NCBI RefSeq assembly: GCF_004010195.1
Contig: NC_057718.1
Coordinates: forward strand, 30,448,045-30,512,044
Length of the DNA stretch: 64,000 bases
Origin: Chiloscyllium plagiosum
Taxonomy: Eukaryota
Direction: 5' to 3'
Below are positions 52,834 through 64,000 of this stretch, piece by piece. Every line of letters begins with the position of its first letter. Within the stretch, counting starts at the first letter, position 1. The notes under the pieces were generated by a model, which made no database searches, had not been told where the DNA came from, and saw nothing but the letters and a program-made list of their open reading frames with translations. The position numbers and the translations under genes are program-made.

Positions 52834-54247
52834 GTAAGATGACATTGATGATGACACATTGAGCATCGGTTGGTTTTTAAGACAAGTTAAATTAGCAGTC
52901 TTGAAATGATTCCAACTGTCTCCTGACTTCTCACTGTTGCCATATTCAGTGGATCCTGTCAGAAGCAGCTTGATGACTTAATAGTTTTTCTTGAGTGGAT
53001 TTGAGCACTTTGCCTATGTGTTTACGTGTGGTTGTCACGCTTAAAATATTCATATGAAGGTTTGAAATATTCATTTGAAGGCTTCTTCTTGCAGAGTTGA
53101 GCAGTAAAGCTCTCATTGCTTCTACATGCTGTTTTGCTGCCCTAAGCGGTAATTCTTTGATGTTGGCCTAAATTACATTTCAGCATAACTTAGCTTTGCA
53201 GTAGAAAGAGAGACTTTTACTTTAAAATCTGTGCAGGCAGATTTCAGATCATCATCAAAATGGGACTGAAATAAAAACAAATTTTATTGCACAAGCTGGT
53301 TTCCTGAATTAGGAAGAAGCAATTTGCTATTATGGTCAAAGCAGTCATGTTAGAAAATACATGCGGGATTTAAAAAAAAAAATCACTTACATGATCTAAC
53401 CAAATGAACTAGATGTTGTGCGAAGTAGCCACAATGCTCGGTTTAGATAATATGATTGCTCATTATATTGCCAATATTAGGAATAGCTGCAATTCAAAAA
53501 TAAATCTTATTTATAAATAACGTTGTAGGAATTTTTAAATGTACCTGTATGTGTATGTGTTGCATGTTATCTGTGAAATTTTCCAAGAATGTTTGAAGTT
53601 GTATTTTATCTCTTAAATGTACTTGGGCTTTTATGGTTCTTTTAGTTGGTTCTTTGTTCAATCCGGAAATGTTGAAAATTGAGAGTTTGAATGTTTTCGA
53701 TTTCATAGAAACCTTTTGTCCTTCCCCACTTTTAATATCCTCTTTCCCTCCCAACCTGAGGCATTGATGTGCTCTGTAAGTAACTAGCAGCCTCTACAGA
53801 CAGGATACAGGATCAGTAGCTTTGAAATGCACTTCAAGTGCAGAAACCTACAATGTTAAAGACCAAAAGCTGGAATGTCAGATTTGCCTGGATAGCTCAT
53901 TTTAACTGGCATATGTCCGATGAACTGAATGGCCGCCTCCTGTTCTATTAATTGCCTGTTTATCCTTATGAGAAAGCTAAGCCAAGTAAATCTTTTTCAG
54001 ATTTTCAGAATTTTGCAAGAACAGTCGTGAAGAGCCCTTGTTAATCTGAAAATTCTTTTATTTGCAATGTATGTCTCTTCAATGAGGCAATGACTGGTTG
54101 GCACCATTAAGGGACAAATTATGGGGAACTTCTGATCCCAACAACACTAAAGACCTGAATTAGTGTCAGATAGTGATATGGTTCTTACTGCAGAACTTAT
54201 ACTTCAGATATTTTGTAATAATTCAGCTCTATTAGATTGCTGTGTTA

Positions 54248-54375
54248 GGGACCCTCTTGTGGCGTAGTGGTAGTATCCTTACGCCTGGACTGAGAGACCC
54301 AGGTTCAAGTCCCACCTGATCCAGAGGCGTGGTAGTAATATTTCTGAATAGAGATTTTAGAAAAATAGGTTAAAT
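54248..54375 (+). mobile_element. Short tRNA-derived SINE
   Basis: A box 'tggcgtagtgg', B box 'ggttcaagtcc'; related partial copy at ~13895-13975. Confidence 0.7.
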
Positions 54376-54664
54376 AAAAGTTAGATTACGGGGCTCCAGG
54401 CTGATTCACCCAACAATACCATCGGCATTCCTTTCATAAACAAAACTATTCAAAACAATTAAGATAACAAATTAAAAGAAGGATATTAAATATGTAATAA
54501 TTCTTCATAGCTTTCTAATGTCCTATTGATGGAATTAGTATTGTAACAGCATTTACCTTATTCAGAGAGCCATATAATTATTACAGTGCAGAAGGCAGCT
54601 CATCACTCTCTTCTCAGAGTGACTGGGGATGAGCAATAAATGGTGGCCTACCAAGCAGCAAGGA

Positions 54665-55000
54665 GGGGTGGCATGGTGGCTCAGTGGTTAGCACTTTTGC
54701 CTCACAGCGCCAAGGACCCAGGTTCAATTCTCACCTTGGGCAACTGTCTGTGTGGAGTTTGCAAATTCTCTCCGTGTCAGCGTGGGTTTCCTCCAGGTGC
54801 TCCAGTTTCCTCCTATAATCCAAAGATATGCAGGTCGGGTGGAATGGCCATGCTAAATTGTCCATGGTGTTGAGTGCGTTAGTCAGGAGTAAATAAAGAT
54901 TAGGAGAATGGTTCTGGGTGGGTTACTCTTCTGAGGGTCTGTGTGGACTTGTTGGGCTGAAAGGCCTTTACCAAACTGTCAGAAATATATAATCTAAGAA
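54665..55000 (+). mobile_element. HE1-like SINE
   Basis: Same head and body as 44087-44395. Confidence 0.9.
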
Positions 55001-55009
55001 TCAAAAAAA

Positions 55010-56100
55010 AGAGTCCATTTATCCAACTGAGTCTATGTCAACTCCATATAGAGCAATTCAGTCAGTCCCATTTGCCCCACTACCCCTGTGGCTCAGTAGG
55101 TTTGTTTAATTCAACTACCCAGCCACTTTCCTTTTGAAATCATTAATCTTCTCCACTTTCACCGCCTTCATGGGCATGGTGTTCCAGGTCATTACCATTT
55201 GCTGTATGAAAAGATCCATTACACACATCCACCACGACCTTTCCCACTTCTTCTACCCGCTCTTGTATCTCTTTCCCAAAATTCTAAATTTGTGCCCCCT
55301 TGACTTTGTACCATCAGATAATGGTAACAATTTTTCTTTGTTTATCCTATCTAGACCTGTCAAAACCATGTGCACCTCTATAAAATTGTCACTGCCTTGC
55401 TTTTGCTGTAAAGACATCATCCCAGTTTTTACAATGTAACCTTGGAACCTCACTCTTGGAGCCATTCTGATAAATCTCATCTGTATCTTCTTAAGATCCT
55501 TCACATTCTTCGTAAAGTGTGATAATCAGAACTGAACACAGTGCTCTAGTGTGGCCTACCTTTATAAAGCTGCCAACATGACTTGCTAGTATTAATCAAC
55601 TAAGAGAAAGTAAGGACTGCAGATGCTGGAGATCAGAGCTGAAAAATGTGTTGTTGGAAAAGTGCAGCAGGTCAGGCAGCATCCAAGGAACAGGAGAATC
55701 AACGTTCCTGAAGAAGGGCTTATGCCAGAAACGTCGATTCTCCTGCTCCTTGGATGCTGCCTGACCTGCTGCGCTTTTCCAGCAACACATTTTTCAGCTT
55801 TGCTAGTATTAATACTGAGTATCCTTATTTATGAAGTCAAAGATCCTGTACACTTTGCTATGCACTCTCTCAATAGGCCAGGCCAACCAATCTGTGCATA
55901 TCAATCTCAAAGTCCCTCTGCCTGTGTACACTTTTTAATCCATATTACTTTTCTGTACTCCTCCTCCCTCGATTACTTAATTCTCATTCCTCCGAATTCC
56001 ATCACGTCTGTCAATTTTGCTAGCTTGCCTGTCCCGCTGAAGCCTCATTGTTAGCTATTTCTCACACTTAGTCATGGGTAAATGTGAAATTTTGCTCTGT
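55010..56100 (-). mobile_element. Old CR1 3'/RT fragment hosting a Penelope hairpin
   Basis: ORF 55253-55504: LKKIQMRFIRM...DRINKEKLLP...SRGHKF. Confidence 0.8.
55600..55799. mobile_element. Fold-back Penelope derivative with central hammerhead core
   Basis: About 65-bp inverted arms. CTGAAGA-agggcttatgcca-GAAAC (55708-55732). 14-bp duplication 'ttgctagtattaat' at 55583-55596 and 55800-55813. Confidence 0.88.
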
Positions 56101-56279
56101 GTTCCCAATATCCAAAACATGAGCAGAGATTTGTAGGCTGACCGAAACTTCAGGCCGTGGCTCAGCCTGGGTGCCTGCATTGCTGGTTCCAAACACCTTT
56201 ATGAAGGTAATACTTAGACTTTAGGATCTGGACTTCTTTTAATATATTTTTTTAAATTTCTTCTCTTGCTTTTTTTAAA

Positions 56280-56420
56280 TTCTAGTTTTGTAACCAAGAT
56301 GGCACTAGAGAAGGGTAACTTTATACACTTTTCACTGTACTCATGTATTCCTATACTTCAGTACACACAACAATAAAAATCTAATTCTAATTCTAAAAAC
56401 TAAACTAATTCTAATTTAAT
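56280..56420 (+). mobile_element. Non-LTR element 3' end with (ctaatt)n tail
   Basis: 'cacttttcactgtactc...acaataaaaatctaattctaattcta'. Confidence 0.55.
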
Positions 56421-57849
56421 TCTGGTGGAATTCCACTATCTACTTTCCTCCAGTCTGAAAAGTAACCATTTACCACAGCTCACTACTTTATGACCAAGTT
56501 TCTTATCCAAAGCAACACTGACCCTCAATTTTATTAACTGAAGTTGGTGGAAATATACCTTGCAAGGAGCACATAGAAATGACAAAGAGATAGCGAGTCC
56601 TTGTACAAGCTCACTCAATCTTCTGGATATAAACAACTGCAAGTTTCAAGCCTTTTATAAAATATTCTGAGGTGAGGGCATAAAGGGGTAAAATTAAGTA
56701 CCTTACTGACCATAGAGCATTCAGTAACAGTGAGGTGACAAAGGACAGTGAGTACATGACAAGAGGTGACATCAGAACAAAGGTTGGAGTTGGAAGGACA
56801 AAGAGAGGAGGAAGAATCTGGAGGGGCATCGACACCTGGGAACCTTTCAGAGCTTGCATTCCATAACTCCTGAAAGGAAGAGAAAAAGTTTCTTGTCAAA
56901 ATGCCAAATGAAATGAAGAGTGAAATGGAACTGGGTACTGGGACAGCTCTGAGATAGTGTGAAGCAGTATTGATGAAGAGTGAAGATGAAAGGGTACATT
57001 TGGCAGTGCATGGCAGTGATTATGGTGCGAACAGCTCTTTGAGGAACATTTTATGTCTCAGAGATATTTGTGAACTTTGGTAGATTTGAAACAACCTGAG
57101 TATGGAACTTCAGTTGGAATCCCAAGTCGAGTGAGGAGAAGCTGGAGACAGTCACTGAGGGAAGAGATGTGCCAATGGTAACAAGTTTTACAAAACACTT
57201 CATCAAACACTAGAAGTGAAATTGAAAGAAATTAAGGTGAATAAGTCAAAAGATTTAAATGATAAATACCATCGGAGAGAAGAGGAGAACTTCTTCAAGG
57301 TCTGCATACCTGCAGGAGAAGGGATAGTGAACTAAACACTCAAATAAAAGCAAAAAACTGCAGATGTAGAAATCCTGAAACAGAAATTATGCCCTACTGA
57401 TTGTCAACTTCAACAGAACAACTTGTGTCTTTGCACCTTGAGGATATTGTCTTTTTCCAATTATGTAATGTCTTCCTGAATCAGTACTGCTACCCATGTT
57501 CTTTTATTCTTTCTTATCTTTTCTCAACACATTCTATCCTTGAATATTGAGGATCAACCCTCAACACTTTCAAGCATGTATCTATATTGCTATAACATCT
57601 TATCCCCACATGACTATTTATCATGTATCTCCCCAACTTTATTCGCCAATTCTCTATGTTTACTTGCATGCATTGAAAACTTCCCCGTATATAATTCAGT
57701 CTTTCTTAATTTGTCCCAGTCAAATTCGTACTACTTTCTGTCGTGCTATCCAACAAATCACTCCTTTATGCATTTTATATTTTCTAGTTCTGTATATTGG
57801 TTCTCATTTCCCTGCCAATGTAGTTTAAACTCTTTCAAACTATAGGAGT

Positions 57850-58900
57850 AAATCATGTCAGAAGACATTATTGCCACTCCTATTGAGTGCAACTTATCCC
57901 CTTTGGGATAGTGCATCCTACTCCACAAGTGGTTCCAATGTCCAAGGTTTGATTGTCCTCATTCTGCTCTCAAGATTAGATAGTACCAGAGATTACTAAT
58001 TTTTGAGGCCCTGGTTTTTAACTTCCTCCTTTAGTTCTGAAAATCTGATTGTAGGGCTTCAATACCTGCTCTCCTCATGTCATTGGAGTTAACTTCTGGC
58101 TCACTTGCTTCTCCCTACAGAACATCCTGCAATCCCTCTGTGATATCCTCTATCCTGGCACTAGGGTTTCATGATGATAGTTACGGAAACTCTCGGCTAT
58201 TCCCCCCAACTATGAAATTGCTTATAAGATTGCATTTCTACTCTTGGAGTCACAACAAAAGGGTAGAATATTTGTGCATTCTTTTGTTGATTAGTGTCTT
58301 GTAGGAACTGCACTTTTTCAAGGTGTCAGGTGTCCCAAATGTAGAACATAACTCGAAGGCTCCTTGCCTCTTTCTGCACTTCCAAATGGCCACCAATGTA
58401 CCATCCTGAACTCTTGCTGCCTCTGCAGTTATCACCTCCTGGACATATAATCAATGGAATCCTTGTCCTTCCTGGTGCTCTGCAGTGACCTAATCTGCCC
58501 CCTCGAGCTTAGAAATGGTGTGTGAGAGCTCAGATGCTTCCTACCTGTTTGGTCTCACATGAAACATGACGTGTCCTAAAATTCCTGCATGGTGAGGATT
58601 TGCAAACAACACATCCAAGCTATGTATCCATGATTGAATGAATTTTTATCTATCTTTTAGAATCTAAATAGGATCTTGTTTAAGTGATTAATATTAATCT
58701 ATTTCTTCTAGACTCGATCTCTGCTAATATGCTTCAGTTACTATTATATTTAGCTTGATTGAAACTTTTAATTTCCCAACTCCTAGTTTAAGTAAATGCA
58801 CTTATTTAGACAGAGTAAAAGAGAAGTACTCACCAGCCAAATCACTTGACCATTTTCCTCTGATATAACATGTTTTTTCTTTAAAAATGTATTGCCTTAT
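57850..58900 (-). mobile_element. Degenerate CR1 5'/ORF1 region
   Basis: Antisense motifs 'ggttccaatgtccaagg', 'tatcctggcactaggg', 'tactcaccagccaa' resemble the CR1 ORF1/5' UTR. Confidence 0.5.
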
Positions 58901-59191
58901 TTCAGGCAAACTCACAAATGCTGCTTTTAACTGTGGGTCTCCAGTAGTGTTCTTTTTCATGCTCAATTATTTGGACTCTAGCAAACTTCCCATGGCTGCT
59001 TTTAATGGTGTTTATCTTCCACTTTCTTTTGCAGTTCAGTCTGTCTGAAATCCCACTCATACATGCCACCATTCTAAATATAGATCACCAGAACTATGCT
59101 TTCTCAAGCTAGGAAAATAATTAATACTCTGAAAATTTCCATAGTTTTTTGTCCATCTTTAAGTTATGATTGCTGTCATTTTTTGTTAGGT

Positions 59192-61875
59192 AGAGACAAA
59201 AAAATTGCAAATGCTGGAATCCAATGTAGACAGGCAGGAGGCTAGAAGTACACAGCAAGCCAGGCAGCATCAGGAGGTGGAGAAGTCGACATTTCAGGTG
59301 TAACCCTTCTTCAGGATTTGGGCTGGGTGTAAGGGGAGCTGCAGATGAAGGGGGTGGCGGAGGCAGGGTGATGAACTGGGGATAGGTGAAGACAGGCAGA
59401 GGGTATGACCTGGTTGGACCATGGGAGGAATGAATCGAGTAAATGGCTGGGACGTGTGGAAGGGAGGGGGATGGGCTGGGAAGGGAGTCAAGGGATGGGA
59501 AAGGAGGTTATTTGAAATTTGAGAACTGTGTTGAGTCCTCCGGACTGGAGGCTGCCCAGGCGGAAGATGAGGTGGTGTTCCTCCAATTTGCAGTTTGGTT
59601 CGTTGTGGCAATGGATGAAGCCAAGGACAGTCATGTCGGAAAGGGAGTGGGAAAGGGAATTAAAATGGGCGGTGACTGGGAGGTCTGGTCGGCCCCTGCG
59701 AGTCTGACTGAGATGTTCGACAAGGCGTTCCTCAAGTTTATGTTTGGTCTCCCTGATGTAGAGAAGACCACATTGGAACCATCTGATGCAGTAAACTAGG
59801 TTGGAAGAGAGGCAGGTTAACCTGGAAGGACTGTTTGGGGCCCTGGATGGGGGTGAGGAGGGTGGTATACCGGCAGGTTTTGTATCTTTTCCAGTTGCAG
59901 AGGAAGGTATCTGGGGTTTCAGGGGGGTTGGTGGGGAGAGTGGCACAAACCAAGGACTGTCAAAGGGAACACATCCAACGCTTCATCCTTACAAAATATG
60001 CCAAAATCACTTGCATTGTGTGTGCCCTCATCGCCTCTGGTAATCTCCTCTCCACTGCCTCCAAGCTCATAGTCCCCCAGCCCCACACTGCCCGGTTCTA
60101 GCTGCTCCCCAAGATCCACAAGCCCAACTACCCTGGCCAACCCACCATCTAAGGCATGTTGCTGCCCCATCAAACTCATCTCCTCCTACCTTGACTCCAC
60201 ATTTGGTTCAGTTACTTACCACCTACATCTGCGACACCGGCCACGCCTTCCATCTCTTCAGTAACTTCCAGTTCCCCAGCTCAGCGCTTTATCTTCATCA
60301 TAGACATGCATCCCTTATACACATTCATACCCCATAAGGATGGCCTCCAGGCCCTCTGCCTCTTTCTCTCCAACAGACCCATCCAGTCCCCCTCCTCTGC
60401 CTCACCGAACTGGTCCTCAGCCTTAATAACTTTTCCTTTAACTCCTCCCAGTTCCTCCAAATCCAGGGAATCGTCATGGTCACCCGGATGGGCCCCAGCT
60501 ACGCCTGCCTCTTTGTTGGCTATGTTGAAGAGTCCCTCTTCAGTACCTACACAGGCACTATGCCCCAAATCATCTGCCGTTATATCAATGACTGCACCAG
60601 CGCAGCAACTTGCATCACCCAGGCTGAATTGGAGCAGTTCATCAACTTCACCCACAACTTCCACCCCGCCCTCAAATTCACTTGATCCATCTCGGACACC
60701 TCCCTCCCCTTTCGTGACCTCTCCATTTCCATCTCCGGCAACAGTCTCCAGACAGACATTCACTACAAACCCACAGACTCCCAGAACTACATGGACTACA
60801 CCACCTCCCACCCATTATCTGGCAAGAACTCTCCCATTCTCCCAATTCCTCAGCCTTCGCCGCATCTGCTCGAAAGAGGAGACATTCCACTCCCAAGCAT
60901 TCCAGATGATCACCAATTTCAAACATGTGCTTTTCCCCTCCCTGTCATCCAGTCAGCCCTCCACTGCATCACCTCTATTCCCCATTCCACTGCCCTAAAT
61001 CCCCGCTCTTCAAACGCAATAAAGGCAGAATCCCACTTGTTCTCACCCACCACCCCACCAGTCTCCGCATCCAACGCATCGTCCTTAAACACCTCTGCCA
61101 AATCCAACGCGACCCTATACCAAGAACATCTTCCCCTCCCCACCCCTCTGCTTTCCGCAAGGACCATTCCCTTCGACAGTCCTTGGTTTGCTCCACTCTC
61201 CCCACCAACCCCCTCCGAACCCCCCCCACATACCTTGCCCTGCAACCAGAAAAGATGCAAAACCTGCCGGTACACAACCCTCCGCACCTCCATCCAGAGC
61301 CCCAAGCAGTCCTTCCAGGTCAGACAGAGGTTCACCTGCCTCTCTTCCAACCTAATTGATGAATCAAGTGCTCCCGATGTGGTCTTTGCACCAAGGAGAC
61401 CAAACGTAAACTTAGGTAACGGTTTGCTAAGCATCTCAGCTAGGCTCACAGAGGCCGGCTGGCCCTCCCAGTCACTGCCCATTTTAATTCCCCTTCCCAT
61501 TCCCTTTCTAACATGACCATCCTTGGCCTCCTTTGTTGCCACAATGAACCAAACTGCAAATTGGAGGAACAACCCCTCATCTTCCGCATGGGCAGCCTGG
61601 AGGACTCAACATGGAGTTCAAATAACCTCCCTTTCCAGCCTCTTCCCTCTCCCTTCCACCCCTCCCAGCCACCTACCAGATTCATTCCTTCCAATGAGAA
61701 CCAGGACGCACCCTCTGCCTGTCTTCACCTGTCCCCACTTCACCACCCTGCCCCCATCACCCCCTCCCCTTACACCCACCCACAGTACAGAGGAAGGGTT
61801 ATAGCCAAAATGTCGACCTTTCCACCTCCTGATGCTGCCTGGCTTGGTGTGTTCTTCCAGCCTTTATTATTTTTT
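59192..61875 (+). mobile_element. Penelope-like retroelement (RT + GIY-YIG pseudogene) with long inverted terminal arms
   Basis: Plus strand: MGPSYACLFVGYVE, RYIND, HPALKFT, FSQFLSLRRICS, PCNQKRCKTC. Minus arm 59192-59969 encodes SSNLVYCIR..CGLLYIRETK..L.ERLVEH and mirrors 61167-61875. Confidence 0.93.
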
Positions 61876-63084
61876 AGATGCTTGGTGAATGAATAACAAG
61901 CAAGTACATGGTAACCATCTTTGTAATTGTACAGTATTTGATGAGCTGTAAACTATGCGTTGTCACTTCAGTTATACAAATTATTTGAATAAAACCGTAT
62001 TTTCTATTTCCTCCTCTACTCTGACTTAGGACAGTGCATTCTGAAGAGATGTAAATTATGGTGGGATATGGCTACATGATCCCTGATGTTGACTCCTTGC
62101 TCAGTTTGACCTTAAAATAGCATGTTGACATTCAGTCTATCATGCAAATCACATGTCAGCAAAATCCTACTAGATGGAAGTCAAAGTATAGGTATCACAA
62201 TTTATTTCCCTTTCTAAGCTAGGACAGTTGAAACTAATTATACTGTCATTCAGCTCAAGTCAGCTAAAGAAGTACAGACTGTAGAGTAAATATGAGATGT
62301 ATGTGGTTTAGCAACAAGTTTGCCAATTTTGCTGATTTTATGTTCTTGCCGATTTTATGTTCTGGACTATTGCAGTACCAGAAGGGAGGATGAAAAGGAC
62401 TCTGAAATTTGGGAGCAGTGTGATGGACTTTGAGGCACGACCGGTAATTCTAAATTCAGTATAGGATTTGCGGGCTGAGAATCACGGATATGATATGGGA
62501 TAACTTGCAGAGAGCCTTGAGCACACATAACTAAGCTGGGGGTAGGTCATCTGGCAACTTGTTTAACTAAAGTTTGAGTGTGTGATTAACTGTGAGGCAA
62601 TGTTTGGACTCGGTGATTATTAAAGTAGGATCCAGGTTTTGGCTGAACTAGGAAATGCCAGGAGAGTGGTGGGAATCCTGAACTATGGTAGCATGGTGCA
62701 ATGGTAGTCCAGGATCTGATTGCATGGACAAATTCTTGGATCTGAAAGAACTAAAGAATAGAATCTGAAAGTCGTAGCATGGGGATAAGACGTTCCTATG
62801 GTTGTCAGTGCAAAGGAAGTGATTTGAAGGGTAGTAGCTTTAGTATGTAAGAAATATATAGATAATAAACATTGCTGTTCTCTTCAGTCTTGGCTGTCTA
62901 TACTCTCCCACCACCATTTCTCATGGAACAACTCCCTTGTACCTTGTTACTACCAGAGCTGATACCTGTTCCAGTTTCATTTTCTGTCTGAACACCTACT
63001 TATGCATTTCTCTTCCTACCTAGCTTACCAGCACAGGATAACAGCTTGCTTAAGTAATTATGTTAAGTGCAGGAAGGATATTAG

Positions 63085-63290
63085 AGAGACAGGAAGCTGG
63101 GAATTAGTGGTAACTCCAAGGATGTTGCTGGTGGGATATTCAGTCATGGTAATGCTGTTGAATGTCAAACAGAGATGGTTAGGTTCTATCTTGTTGGAGG
63201 TGGTTATTGTCTAGCACTTGTGTGGCAGCCATGTTACTTGCCACTTAGGCCAAGCCTGGATATTGTCCAAGTCTTGCTGCATTTGGAAAA
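63085..63290 (-). mobile_element. Fragment of second CR1/L2-group LINE family
   Basis: Antisense to 41500-41690 ('ccaaggatgttgctggtggga...ttgaatgtcaa'). Confidence 0.8.
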
Positions 63291-64000
63291 AGTTGTTGGA
63301 ATTTAAATTTAATTAAGAAATCTAAAATGTAAAAATCCAGCCTCATTAAACATGGCTTGAAGCTGCCATCATTTGTCATTTTAAAACTTAAATAAACCGA
63401 ATTCACTAATTTTATTCAAGGCAGGAAATTTGCCATCTTTAAAAGGTTAACTCTTAACGGTCCTCCAACTAGCATCTCCATAACCCATGAAGGAATTTTT
63501 TAAAAGGAGCTGGCTAAGAATCTGAGGAGTCACAAATGGTGCTGTAAACTGTACAATCATGAGGGAACATCCCTATTTCCGATGTTATGGAAGAAAGGTC
63601 ATTGATACAGCTGAAAGTGCTTGGTTTAGGAAACTATCCTAAGGCAGAACTCCTATCATGATGTCTTGGGACAAAGATGATTTCCAACAAATTATTCCCC
63701 TCATTCCAACAGAGTGTTTTAGAGATTCAGCAGGTCTGGTGTATTTGTGGAGAGAGAAACATATGTAGCGCATTGTTTGTTGACCTTGCTCTCAGGACAG
63801 ACCCATTTTCTCCTTTTCACACATTCACTTACAGCTATTTTACATCTCGATTTCTTCTTTATTACCATTAACGCTACCTTTGTCTTTTCCTCTTGGCACC
63901 TAATCATCAGTTGCTTTCAGTCCCCCTCTGACAAAGCGTAAAACCATTATTTTTCAGTCCCTTTCAGTTCTAAAGATAAGTCATACCAGACTCGAAACAT

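Noticed and set aside
54248..54320. tRNA gene
   Set aside because: A/B boxes are present, but there is no clean acceptor stem and the sequence continues into a SINE body.
60281..61572. Long minus-strand ORFs
   Set aside because: Antisense shadows of the C-rich Penelope coding strand.
1..64000. CRISPR array, operon or rRNA
   Set aside because: No regularly spaced repeats, dense ORFs or rRNA motifs; the sequence is vertebrate repeat-rich DNA.

Overview
Eukaryotic, AT-rich vertebrate DNA. The repeat complement (HE1-like tRNA SINEs with (TTAGA)n tails, many CR1 LINEs, DeuSINE, Rex1/Babar, Penelope and Harbinger relics) points to a cartilaginous fish, most likely a shark; this is inference. The window looks intronic or intergenic. 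I recognise no intact host protein-coding gene, rRNA, genuine tRNA or CRISPR array. Every ORF with recognisable homology derives from a decayed transposon (CR1 RT, Rex1 RT, RTE RT, Penelope RT/GIY-YIG, Harbinger Myb/SANT). The most distinctive system is a set of Penelope-like elements: a 2.7-kb copy with long inverted arms (59192-61875), a 1.4-kb internally deleted copy, and several short fold-back derivatives. These carry minimal hammerhead-ribozyme cores (CTGAnGA-stem II-GAAA), and several are flanked by 8-14 bp duplications. Other points of interest are nested insertions, an inverted self-duplication inside a CR1, two related solo-LTR-like elements, enhancer-like non-repeat blocks (PBX-MEIS, TCF), a possible first exon near 52.6-52.8 kb, and a few weak candidate exons. 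Repeat boundaries are by eye and approximate. I found no strong evidence for a wholly new biological system.
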